49,536 nt of DNA from Minisyncoccia bacterium. GTDB lineage: Bacteria; Patescibacteriota; Minisyncoccia; Phycocordibacterales; UBA918. Shown piece after piece: positions 1 to 8,533 of this stretch. Position 1 is the first letter of the stretch. Every line of letters starts with the position of its first letter. Both the position numbers and the translations under genes were made by a program. The notes under the pieces were generated by a model. It ran no database searches, was not told the DNA's origin, and worked only from the letters and a program-made list of their open reading frames with translations. Location of the stretch: NCBI GenBank assembly GCA_047639355.1, contig JBLIOC010000003.1, forward strand, positions 1 through 49,536, in the 5' to 3' direction.

Positions 1-689
1 GTGGCGGTGGTTGAGGTGGCTGTGTATGAGTCGGCCACTACGTTGCCTGAGATAGAGAGTTTGGCGTAAGGGGATGTTGTTCCGATGCCGATGTTTCCGC
101 CATCTAAAATAGTGAAGACTTCGGTTCCTCCATCGTTAACGTTTAGGATGTCCCCTGTTCCACTTTGGGTGAAGGTGATAAGAGTCGACGCGCTAGTGGC
201 GGACATTTCATCGGATTGGTCGGAACGAAGGAAGGAAGAAGAAGCGACGCCACCGAGTTGAAAAGCTTCAAAGGCGGCAGGTACGGTACCGAGTTCTTTA
301 CGGGGTGACATTTCACCATCCCAACCAGGAGCACCAGTGCCACCGATTTCCACTCCGAGGTAAAGAGTCTGGTTGAAGTTCACGCTGGTGAGTGCTGTGG
401 TACTACCAAGCATCACACTAAAGAGACCGTTGGTGACCTGAATTTGGTCGATGCCAATTAATTCTTCGGTCCAGATGGCTGTGGTGGTTGCTCCACCAGT
501 TGCGTTATATAGGTAGAACCGCATGTTGTATGTGCCGTTTGTGACAGCTACACCAACGGTAGTGGTTAGCTTACCTTGGTAGTTGATAGTAGGAGCTGGT
601 TCGGCATGGGCTGACAATACGAACGCAAAGAGACCCGCCAAAAGTATGAAAGTGAGAGTGGTGTTAATTATTAGGCGGTTCGCAAACAT
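1..689 (-). CDS. Large secreted/surface protein, N-terminal part (runs off the left edge); tail-fibre-like CPR surface protein
   Basis: Not in the ORF track. Manual translation from ATG at 689 is open to the window edge: MFANRLIINTTLTFILLAGLFAFVLSAHA|EPAPTINYQGKL...NGLFSVMLGS...LYLGVEIGG...GEMSPRKELGTVPAA...GNIGIGTTSPYAKLSISG. It has a signal peptide ending A-H-A and a GNIGIGTTSP beta-strand motif. Confidence 0.85.
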   Translation of the reverse strand, partial: MFANRLIINTTLTFILLAGLFAFVLSAHAEPAPTINYQGKLTTTVGVAVTNGTYNMRFYLYNATGGATTTAIWTEELIGIDQIQVTNGLFSVMLGSTTALTSVNFNQTLYLGVEIGGTGAPGWDGEMSPRKELGTVPAAFEAFQLGGVASSSFLRSDQSDEMSATSASTLITFTQSGTGDILNVNDGGTEVFTILDGGNIGIGTTSPYAKLSISGNVVADSYTATSTTA

Positions 690-691
690 AT

Positions 692-1441
692 CTATATTTC
701 AATTTCCTCACGCTCGACCGGTACAACCACGAACGGAATTGTATTACCAATAGCATTACCAGCCTGATCGACTCGTACTACAACCTGGGTACCGTCCGGC
801 AAATTTTTTACCACCACCTTATCGGAAAACACCCCTGCAACAGAAACTGTCGAACTGGGAGTATTTGGGAGGAGGAGGATTCCATTTTGGATTTCTCCGA
901 GAGGTCGTAACTTTTGAGTTAACTTTGTAGTCACAATTTCGCTAGCACCAGAGGAAATGTAATCAGACTCACTAGCTGCAGCCAAGGAAACTTCTGCAGG
1001 GATCTTAGACACTTGGGCAACTTGAGTATTTTGTGTCTGAAGTCCGGATGATTTTGAAACTGAAAACAACTCATGAGTAGCGACCCCGCTCAACAAACCA
1101 AAACCTAAAACTAAAGAAGCGGTGGCAACAGCTCTCACGTGCAAAGACCGGGCCTTCTTTGTGGTAAATTTGTTTTTCTTCTTAGAAACTTCTCTTAAAA
1201 TATTTTCGCGTTTACGCTCGATACTTAATTTTTTCTTACGAATTTCTTTTTCTAGAACAACTGACTCTATATACTTGTTAAGAGAATCTATACTGACGTA
1301 CCATTGACGACCTACGTATGAAGCAACGATTTTATTTTCACGAGCGAGGCGGGTAATATAATCCCGCGAATAAGAAACAGCCGCAGCTGCTTCCTTAATC
1401 GGAGATAGCTTTATTCCATCAATTTCTAAAATACCAATCAT
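692..1441 (-). CDS. Membrane-anchored protein with N-terminal excisionase-like HTH (HTH_17-type) domain
   Basis: IKEAAAAVSYSRDYITRLARENKIVASYVGRQWYV is an Xis/MerR-like wHTH. It is followed by a basic linker and one hydrophobic helix (AVATASLVLGFGLLSGVA). The stop is 2 nt from the next ATG. Confidence 0.75.
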   Translation of the reverse strand: MIGILEIDGIKLSPIKEAAAAVSYSRDYITRLARENKIVASYVGRQWYVSIDSLNKYIESVVLEKEIRKKKLSIERKRENILREVSKKKNKFTTKKARSLHVRAVATASLVLGFGLLSGVATHELFSVSKSSGLQTQNTQVAQVSKIPAEVSLAAASESDYISSGASEIVTTKLTQKLRPLGEIQNGILLLPNTPSSTVSVAGVFSDKVVVKNLPDGTQVVVRVDQAGNAIGNTIPFVVVPVEREEIEI

Positions 1442-1512
1442 ACAAACTTAACTTTAATTATATAGTTAAACGCATATAATTATTGGTAGACATGTGTATA
1501 AAGTTAGTAAGA

Positions 1513-2559
1513 TTAATGACTAAAAAATTCCAGTAAATTTTCTACTTGAAAAATAAAATCGAATTCGGATACAGAGTCAAAAATGACCACACTGGCGTTG
1601 GCAGAAAAAATAAGCAAAACACAAACCAAGGCAAGAATTGTGGCAATCAGTGGAGAAATAAGCACTAAGGTGGGGACTTCTTTTTCAGCTTGTTGCAATG
1701 GTACAAAAGTAGAGACCGGTAAGGTTTGTGGAGCTTGAGTTTTAGGCCGAATACCCATCGGGTTAGACCGGAGTTTAGTACTAGTATGAATTTGTGGGCG
1801 ACGGGCGTCATTAGCGAGGTCCTTTTTAAGACTTGATGGTGAGACTAAGTCTGTTTCGACTATATCTAGTTTAACATTTTCTGACTCTAATTTAGACGTT
1901 TTCAGTATGTTTATATTGTTATTCTGAATATCTGAGTTAGGAGAATCAGTCTCAGGAAACACTTCTTCAGGATCTGAGTTCAACTGTGGTTCATGTATTG
2001 GTTCAATTTCAGGTTCTGGGGCAGCAAAAGGTACAATCTTCAGCTTTCCGGATAACGAAACTTGTGGCAGCTCTCCAGCTTCAAAAGAAGATATGACTTT
2101 TTCTCCAGTAACTCTCAATTTTTTAGCATTAGCTGGCTCTATTCGGATTGTTTTTGGTGGTCCAGTCTTCTTTCTTGTTAGTTGAGGAATTAATGTTTCA
2201 TCATCTAATTCATAAGCAACTGTCAGTTTCTTAATCCTGACACCTTCTACTTCAATAGGAATATTCGTAGCAGTTTTTGTTGTTTTATTCTGAATTACTG
2301 GTAGTACTTCTTTACGTGGCAGCTTTTTTTCTTTAGGTATATCTGGATTAGTTTTTTTTGCAGTGCGGGAAAGTTTATGTTTGTTGAGTTTATGTTCCTT
2401 GATGGATCCAGGATTTACAAACCAAGTTCTGCCAACAAGACGAGCATCGACTTTTTTAGCTCGACAAAGTTGACCAATGTAATCTTGAGTATATCTAAAT
2501 TTCTTCGCCAAGGCTGACGCTTTTACATACTCCACTCCGTCAAGAACTACCGTATCCAT
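1513..2559 (-). CDS. Membrane-anchored protein with N-terminal excisionase-like HTH (HTH_17-type), paralogous N-terminus to 692..1441
   Basis: ASALAKKFRYTQDYIGQLCRAKKVDARLVGRTWFV, then a long P/E/K-rich disordered linker and a C-terminal TM helix (LVLISPLIATILALVCVLLIFSA). Confidence 0.75.
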   Translation of the reverse strand: MDTVVLDGVEYVKASALAKKFRYTQDYIGQLCRAKKVDARLVGRTWFVNPGSIKEHKLNKHKLSRTAKKTNPDIPKEKKLPRKEVLPVIQNKTTKTATNIPIEVEGVRIKKLTVAYELDDETLIPQLTRKKTGPPKTIRIEPANAKKLRVTGEKVISSFEAGELPQVSLSGKLKIVPFAAPEPEIEPIHEPQLNSDPEEVFPETDSPNSDIQNNNINILKTSKLESENVKLDIVETDLVSPSSLKKDLANDARRPQIHTSTKLRSNPMGIRPKTQAPQTLPVSTFVPLQQAEKEVPTLVLISPLIATILALVCVLLIFSANASVVIFDSVSEFDFIFQVENLLEFFSH

Positions 2560-2588
2560 AGTCCATACATTATATCAGATGGAAATAA

Positions 2589-2613
2589 AATACACCTCAT
2601 CCTGAGGTGTATT
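2589..2613 (-). terminator. Intrinsic terminator after gatB
   Basis: AATACACCTCA-TCC-TGAGGTGTATT is a perfect 11-bp stem, followed by T-rich sequence on the minus strand. Confidence 0.7.
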
Positions 2614-2638
2614 ACTACTCGGCTAAACGAGATAGTGT

Positions 2639-4051
2639 TTATTTAATAGTGTCGATAAACATAGCCTTAAGAGTATTTGGGTTAGCTGCACCCTTTGTTG
2701 CTCTCATCCCTTGCCCGACCAGAAACTGCAAGGACGCTTCTTTGCCTGATTTATATTCACCAACAACAGACGATTGATCGGCTATAATTTCATCAATTAT
2801 AGGCTGTAGTGAGGACGTGTCAGAAACTTGTAGCAGCTTACGTTCTGTAGCTATCTCTAGCGGACCTACAGCAGCACTAAAAAGCTCAGTGAGGAGATCT
2901 TTAGCTACGCGCGAACCAACTCTCTTCTCGGCGAGCATAGTCATCAATTCAAGGAAATAATCTTTATTTAAGGAATCTAGAGTATAACTGTTGTCGGCCA
3001 ATAGAGCTGTGACGTCTGAAGTCAGATAATTTGCTGAGAGCTTAATAACATCAGGCTCTAGGGTAGGGTCAGTAGCAATGTCAGCAAAGAATTTATCGAT
3101 TTCTTGATTGGAAATAATGGTCTCGACAGCATTACTCGTTAATCCGAGATTTTCGTATTTTAGCCTTTTATTGTTGGGTAGATTTGGCATTTTCTCGGCT
3201 AGAATTGACGGTGAAAATGGAATATGCTTCGCTGTATCAATTTTAGGTATATCAGGATCAGGAAAGTACCGATAATCTTTAGCTGTTTCTTTTGACCGTT
3301 GGGAGAAAGTGCGTGCTTTATTTTCGTCCCACCCTCGAGTTTCTTGTGATACCACTTTCCCGCTATCTAACAATTCAGCTTGTCGCTGTATCTCATATGT
3401 AATAGCGGCTTCAACTGACTTGAATGAATTTAGGTTTTTTACCTCAACCTTAGTTCCTAACTGACCAGATGTTTTACTAATTGAAATATTAGCTTCTACT
3501 CTCATTTCTCCCTTTTCCATGTTTGCATGTGAGATTCCTAGGGTGCGCAAAAGTAACTGGAGTTCCCGAGCAAATGCACCGGCAGTTTCTGCGTTATGAA
3601 TCACTGGCTCAGTTACCAACTCCATTAATGGCACACCGGCTCGGTTAAAGTCTACGAGACTTTGACTTCCCTTGTCATGCTGACTTCGCGCGGTGTCCTC
3701 CTCTAGATGAACTCTAGTAAGTTTTATTCCTTTGAGTTCGCCGTCTGTTAGAAATGGAAATGCGTACTGACTAATCTGATACGCTTTTGGAATGTCAGGA
3801 TAGAAATAATTTTTCCTGTCAAATTCAGAGTACTGCGCGGGAGTGGCTCCAACAGCTTGTCCAAACATAAGAACCATCTCAATGGCTTTTTCATTTAGCA
3901 CAGGTAAAGTACCCGGGTGAGCTATACACACAGGACAAATAAATGTGTTCGCCTCACTTCCGTGTGGCTCATTTTTACAACCGCAAAACATTTTGCTTGC
4001 TGTATTAAGTTCAGCATGAACCTCTAATCCGATAGTTGGGGTATAGGACAT
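2639..4051 (-). CDS. gatB: Asp-tRNA(Asn)/Glu-tRNA(Gln) amidotransferase subunit B
   Basis: IGLEVHAEL, SKMFC, FDRKNYFYPDIPKAYQISQY, HLEEDTA, DFNRAGVPLMELVTEP, EVKNLNSF, DYRYFPDPD. Confidence 0.98.
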   Translation of the reverse strand: MSYTPTIGLEVHAELNTASKMFCGCKNEPHGSEANTFICPVCIAHPGTLPVLNEKAIEMVLMFGQAVGATPAQYSEFDRKNYFYPDIPKAYQISQYAFPFLTDGELKGIKLTRVHLEEDTARSQHDKGSQSLVDFNRAGVPLMELVTEPVIHNAETAGAFARELQLLLRTLGISHANMEKGEMRVEANISISKTSGQLGTKVEVKNLNSFKSVEAAITYEIQRQAELLDSGKVVSQETRGWDENKARTFSQRSKETAKDYRYFPDPDIPKIDTAKHIPFSPSILAEKMPNLPNNKRLKYENLGLTSNAVETIISNQEIDKFFADIATDPTLEPDVIKLSANYLTSDVTALLADNSYTLDSLNKDYFLELMTMLAEKRVGSRVAKDLLTELFSAAVGPLEIATERKLLQVSDTSSLQPIIDEIIADQSSVVGEYKSGKEASLQFLVGQGMRATKGAANPNTLKAMFIDTIK

Positions 4052-4205
4052 AGTCTACGAAAATTAATCACAATAAAGTATTTGTTATTGTACGTTTCTG
4101 CTCACTTAGTTACAAGCGTTTTCGGCCAAAGTTTAAAATCGTACAAACTTAACTTCCCTTATAAGTGAGGTGCACAAGTATTGTAAATAATCGGCAGAAA
4201 TAAAA

Positions 4206-5180
4206 CTAAGCTTGTCCTTTTCGTAAGTGAGCTACAAGCTCGTCACCCACCTTTTTGTATGATTCTGGGTCATCTTGACCAAGAACAAGCACACGTTTCT
4301 CAGTTTTTTCAAGTGTTTTAACTGCCTTTTCAATATACTCTTTACTTACAAGATCCTTTTTAGTTAAAATAATCCACTCTTCCTTCTCTACAAGTGCTTT
4401 GTCGTACTGAGATAGCTCTTCTCGAATGGTATAATACTCCGATAAAGGGTCTTCGTGCTCTAGGGAGACAAGATGAATGAGCATTTTTGTACGAGAAACA
4501 TGGCGTAAAAACTTGTGACCAAGCCCTTTCCCTGCTGCAGCACCGGCAATCAGACCGGGAATATCAGCAATCATAAATCCGTACATGTCTCCCAAGTGTG
4601 GCTCTAGTGTCGTGAACGGATAGGCACCGATTCGAGAGTGTGCGTTTGTTAAACTGTTGAGCAAGGTTGACTTACCGGCATTTGGTAACCCAATCAAACC
4701 GATATCTACCATCAAGGAAACTTCTATGAGAAAATCGCCGGCTTCACCAGGCTTGCCAGTGGTAAATTCTTCAGGAGCCTGATTGGTTGATGATTTAAAA
4801 TATTCATTACCAAGTCCACCCCTACCAGCTTTGAGGATACGTTCTGTTGCTCCAACAGTAGTGAGTTCAAAGGAACGATGGCGACTTATGTCTGTGACTC
4901 TAGAACCAACAGGAATATCGATATACGTATCTAAACCATTCTTCCCCGCCTGACTCTTGCTAGTGCCTGGGTCTCCAGCTTCGGCTATAAACGAATTGTT
5001 ACCAGTGTACTTAGAAAGACGATTTAAGTCTTTTACGGCACGAACATAGACATCACCGCCGTCCCCACCGTTTCCACCACAAGGACCCGCCATAGGTCGG
5101 TATTTTTCGTGGCTCCAACGAACAACGCCGTTTCCACCGTCGCCTGCCTTTGCATAAATTGTTAGCTCGTCAACAAACAT
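4206..5180 (-). CDS. obgE: Obg family GTPase (short form, no C-terminal domain)
   Basis: MFVDE start, Gly-rich Obg fold (AGDGGNG, GGNGGDGG), G1 GLPNAGKST, G2 YPFTTLEP, G3 ADIPGLI, GLGHKFLRH. Confidence 0.97.
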   Translation of the reverse strand: MFVDELTIYAKAGDGGNGVVRWSHEKYRPMAGPCGGNGGDGGDVYVRAVKDLNRLSKYTGNNSFIAEAGDPGTSKSQAGKNGLDTYIDIPVGSRVTDISRHRSFELTTVGATERILKAGRGGLGNEYFKSSTNQAPEEFTTGKPGEAGDFLIEVSLMVDIGLIGLPNAGKSTLLNSLTNAHSRIGAYPFTTLEPHLGDMYGFMIADIPGLIAGAAAGKGLGHKFLRHVSRTKMLIHLVSLEHEDPLSEYYTIREELSQYDKALVEKEEWIILTKKDLVSKEYIEKAVKTLEKTEKRVLVLGQDDPESYKKVGDELVAHLRKGQA

Positions 5181-5224
5181 AATGTTTTGACTGGAACAGT
5201 ACCGTACTCGGGCATAATATGCAA

Positions 5225-5605
5225 TTAGTCTCGAATCTCTCGGTAAGTTACAGGTTTTCTTGCTGAACCTTGTTTTATGAAACGGCTACCTATAGTGCTT
5301 ATAATACTCATTAGAAGAGACCCTAGAAGGGCGTACCAGATATTCTCTACAGCAAAACCTTCGATGAAGGATGCGGCAAATAGAAACAGTGCGGCGTTAA
5401 TAACAAATGAAAATAGGCCGAGAGTGAGGATTGTTATAGGTAGAGTAAGTATAAATAGAATCGGTCGGATAATAGTGTTAAAAAAACCTAGCACGATGGC
5501 AGCAATCGTAGCCGGATATAATCCTTCTACAGTAATACCCGAAACAAGGTTTGCGATTAAAATCAGTCCGAGGGCGTTAAATAGTAATCTAAGAATTAGT
5601 GTCAT
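5225..5605 (-). CDS. Phage holin family 4 / YvlD-like small membrane protein
   Basis: Four TM segments with NTIIRPILFILTLPITILTLGLFSFVINA. The start was moved to ATG 5605, which has TACAAT 6 nt upstream. Confidence 0.88.
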   Translation of the reverse strand: MTLILRLLFNALGLILIANLVSGITVEGLYPATIAAIVLGFFNTIIRPILFILTLPITILTLGLFSFVINAALFLFAASFIEGFAVENIWYALLGSLLMSIISTIGSRFIKQGSARKPVTYREIRD

Positions 5606-5642
5606 TTCTATATTGTAAACTTGATACTCCACAAAGACAACA

Positions 5643-5666
5643 AAAAACCGCCCTTAGGCGGTTTTT
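5643..5666. terminator. Intrinsic terminator after secA (symmetrical)
   Basis: AAAAACCGCC-CTTA-GGCGGTTTTT immediately after the secA stop. Confidence 0.8.
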
Positions 5667-5669
5667 ATG

Positions 5670-8192
5670 TTATTTGGAAGCAATGGACCAGCCTGAATTT
5701 AGCAACGGTTCGGCTTTTTTATATTTCAATTCTTTTGTCTCTTTACCATTTGAAATAATAACAATGTCATTTCTTGAATAAGCCTGCTCTTTTACAACCG
5801 GGTTTCGTTTTGTCTGTCCCATGCCAGCACTACTACCAGCGGCTGCTTGTGCTGCCTCAGCTTCTTGCTTACGTTCAGCCTCCTCCCTTGCAACAGCTTG
5901 TGGCTGTACTCGTGGCAACACATCAGCGATACGTACATACAGCTCTTCCTGCAATTCTTTAATAAGTCTGTTACCTTCTTTACGGTACTCAATTAGAGGA
6001 TCTCGCTGACCATAGGCTCGCAGGTTTACGCTGGAGCGGGTGTAGCTCATAACCTCCAGATGCTCTACCCAGAGCATATCCATCATCTGAAGAGTTAACC
6101 GACGGAAAATATCCATAAACTCTACTTCAGCATACTCTGCTTTTTTAGCCTCAATGATGTCCTTAGTTTCTGGAAAGGCTTCGTGCAGCTCTGACAAAAC
6201 ACCTTGTACTTCTGACTCATCCGCCAACAATAGATTTCTACGACGAACGTAAATTAGTTGACGTTGTTGATTGAGCACATCGTCATAGGCCAGAACTTGC
6301 TTTCGTGAATCAAAGTGGAAACCTTCAATCTTTGTTTGAGCACTTTCTAGTGTCCGTGAAATCATCCCCATCTCAATCGGTTGGTCTTCGGGAATCTTAA
6401 AGGTTCCCATCAGGCTCTGAACTCGCTCACCACCAAACACACGCATGAGTGAGTCATCCATGGATACAAAGAATTGAGTCTCTCCTGGGTCACCTTGGCG
6501 ACCTGACCGACCACGTAACTGATTATCGATACGTCGTGCTTCATGACGCTCTGTACCGAGTACAAATAGCCCACCAAGCTGTTTAACCTCTTCAGCCTGC
6601 TCTTTGGTAGCCTCTGGACCACCTAACTTGATGTCTACACCTCGACCAGCCAAGTTGGTTGCAACAGTCACAGAACCCTTGCGTCCGGCAGCCGCAATAA
6701 TTTCTCCTTCCCGTTCGTGGTTCTTAGCGTTAAGAATCTCGTATTTCACCCCAGCTTTAGCGAGAGCTGCTGCCAGCCTTTCGTTTGAGTCAATTGAGGC
6801 TGTACCTATAAGAACTGGCTGGCCAGTTAAATGAACCTCCTTCACCTTCTCTATAATAGCTTTGAACTTTCCTGATTCATTTTGGTAAATTAGATCGTTT
6901 CTGTCGAGTCGTTTTACATCGCGATTTGTTGGTACCGGAATTACTTCGAGATTATAAACAGTGAAAAACTCTTCTTGTGAAGTAAGCGCAGTACCAGTCA
7001 TACCTGACAACTTGTCGTACATACGGAAGTAGTTCTGGTAAGTAATTGAAGCAAAGGTCTTTGATTCTTTTTGAATCGTAATTCTTTCTTTAGCTTCAAC
7101 GGCCTGATGTAGACCTTCTGACCAACGACGACCAGGTTGTAGACGTCCTGTAAACTCATCAACAATCACCGCCTCGCCGTCACGGACAACGTACTCTTTG
7201 TCTTTTGTGAACAGTGCTTTTGCTCGGACTGCGGTCTCCAAGTGGTGTACGTATTTAATTCCTTTGTCTGTATAAATATTATCTATACCAAGCATCTTTT
7301 CAGCCGCCTCGACACCAGCATCAGTTAGGGTGGCACTCTTAAGTTTTTCATCAACTATGAAGTGCTCCTCTAGATTTAACTTAGAGGCAATCTCAGCAAA
7401 CTTAGGGTAGAGATTCTCTGTGTCAGCTGCTGGAGCAGAGATAATAAGCGGGGTGCGAGCTTCATCAATTAAGATTGAGTCGATCTCATCGACTATTGCA
7501 TAGGAGTGATTTAGTTGTCGTAACCGACCTGCTTCATATTCGATATTATCGCGAAGGTAATCAAACCCATATTCGCTGTTAGTACCATATGTTATATCAG
7601 CCGAATAAGCCTCTTGTCGCTTACACGGACGAAGAAAATCATGAACAACTTTAAATGAACCAATCGCATCACGCTCTTCGTCTTTGTCCTGATGATCAGG
7701 GTCATATAAGTATGACGCTTCATGATTCACTACACCTACAGATAGCCCTAGCTTGTTGTAGACCTGGCCCATCCAGACAGCGTCACGCTGGGCCAGATAA
7801 TCATTAACGGTAATTACATGTACCCCTTTGCCAGTAAGGGCGTTTAGTGATGCTGGTAAGGTCGCAACCAGTGTCTTTCCTTCACCGGTGCGCATCTCAG
7901 TTATTTTACCGCGGTGCAAAATTACTCCACCAATGAGCTGAACATCGTAGTGTCGCAACTCAAGGGTTCGTATAGATGCTTCGCGCACCATAGCGAAGAC
8001 TTCGGTAAGCTGTGAATCAAGCGTCTCACCGGCTGCTACCTTAGCTTTACAGGCAGACATTCTTTCTACTAAAGCTTCGTCTGACAATGCGCTAATCTCA
8101 GCTTCTTTATCGTTAATAATAGTAACGAGTGGCTGAATTTCTTTCAGCTCCTTCTCGTAGGTTGGTCCAAAGAATCTATCCAAGAATGACAT
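5670..8192 (-). CDS. secA: Preprotein translocase subunit SecA
   Basis: EMRTGEGKT, VTVNDYLA, IVDEIDSILIDEARTPLIIS, GRRWSEGLHQAVEAKE, ATNLAGRGVDI, DNQLRGRSGRQGDPG, QRDPLIEY. Confidence 0.99.
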   Translation of the reverse strand: MSFLDRFFGPTYEKELKEIQPLVTIINDKEAEISALSDEALVERMSACKAKVAAGETLDSQLTEVFAMVREASIRTLELRHYDVQLIGGVILHRGKITEMRTGEGKTLVATLPASLNALTGKGVHVITVNDYLAQRDAVWMGQVYNKLGLSVGVVNHEASYLYDPDHQDKDEERDAIGSFKVVHDFLRPCKRQEAYSADITYGTNSEYGFDYLRDNIEYEAGRLRQLNHSYAIVDEIDSILIDEARTPLIISAPAADTENLYPKFAEIASKLNLEEHFIVDEKLKSATLTDAGVEAAEKMLGIDNIYTDKGIKYVHHLETAVRAKALFTKDKEYVVRDGEAVIVDEFTGRLQPGRRWSEGLHQAVEAKERITIQKESKTFASITYQNYFRMYDKLSGMTGTALTSQEEFFTVYNLEVIPVPTNRDVKRLDRNDLIYQNESGKFKAIIEKVKEVHLTGQPVLIGTASIDSNERLAAALAKAGVKYEILNAKNHEREGEIIAAAGRKGSVTVATNLAGRGVDIKLGGPEATKEQAEEVKQLGGLFVLGTERHEARRIDNQLRGRSGRQGDPGETQFFVSMDDSLMRVFGGERVQSLMGTFKIPEDQPIEMGMISRTLESAQTKIEGFHFDSRKQVLAYDDVLNQQRQLIYVRRRNLLLADESEVQGVLSELHEAFPETKDIIEAKKAEYAEVEFMDIFRRLTLQMMDMLWVEHLEVMSYTRSSVNLRAYGQRDPLIEYRKEGNRLIKELQEELYVRIADVLPRVQPQAVAREEAERKQEAEAAQAAAGSSAGMGQTKRNPVVKEQAYSRNDIVIISNGKETKELKYKKAEPLLNSGWSIASK

Positions 8193-8213
8193 AATAAAGT
8201 GTTTGAAATTAAA

Positions 8214-8315
8214 GAATGCTGGTGACGACTAACAAGACCACTTGGCAGACCGTTGCCGCCAGATTCAGGACTAGGAATAAAGCCCTGAATAATAGCGAAG
8301 CGGCTGCATACATTC
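8214..8315 (-). ncRNA. Candidate structured RNA / secA 5' leader (unclassified)
   Basis: Nested stems GAATGT/GCATTC, GCAG/CTGC, CCG/CGG, TCGCTA/TGGCGG and ATTCAGGGCT/AGTCCTGAAT on the minus strand. Four pairs are G-U on the minus strand but A-C on the plus strand. Confidence 0.4.
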
Positions 8316-8464
8316 ACAATAGTTGCAAAAATTAAGGAGTGTAATGACTATAATTTTTGTATGTCGGAATTTGTTCTACCCTTGGGCAAATTCCGACCGC
8401 CTTACGCTTCTTTTTTCATGCAACATAATGGGGGTAGTATAGCCGATTTAGAGCTAAATATAAA

Positions 8465-8492
8465 GCAAAATCGCCCGTTTGGGCGATTATGC
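8465..8492 (-). terminator. Probable terminator after the histone-like gene
   Basis: GCAAAATCGCCC-GTTT-GGGCGATTATGC hairpin with one mismatch. Confidence 0.6.
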
Positions 8493-8533
8493 TATAAGTC
8501 TAACGCGAAGGTGTCGGATCGTCTCCGCGCTTG

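Noticed and set aside
143-343. 66-aa minus-strand ORF in the track
   Set aside because: It is an alternative frame inside the real surface-protein gene starting at 689.
5225-5605. Holin-like gene and Xis-like HTH genes as evidence of a prophage
   Set aside because: There is no integrase, terminase, capsid or lysin. This holin family is commonly chromosomal, and here it sits between secA and obgE.
8261-8290. Resemblance of TCAGGACTAGGAATAAAGC to SRP RNA domain IV
   Set aside because: It lacks the AGCAG half of the symmetric loop and a proper GNRA-capped stem, and the G-U pattern favours the opposite strand.
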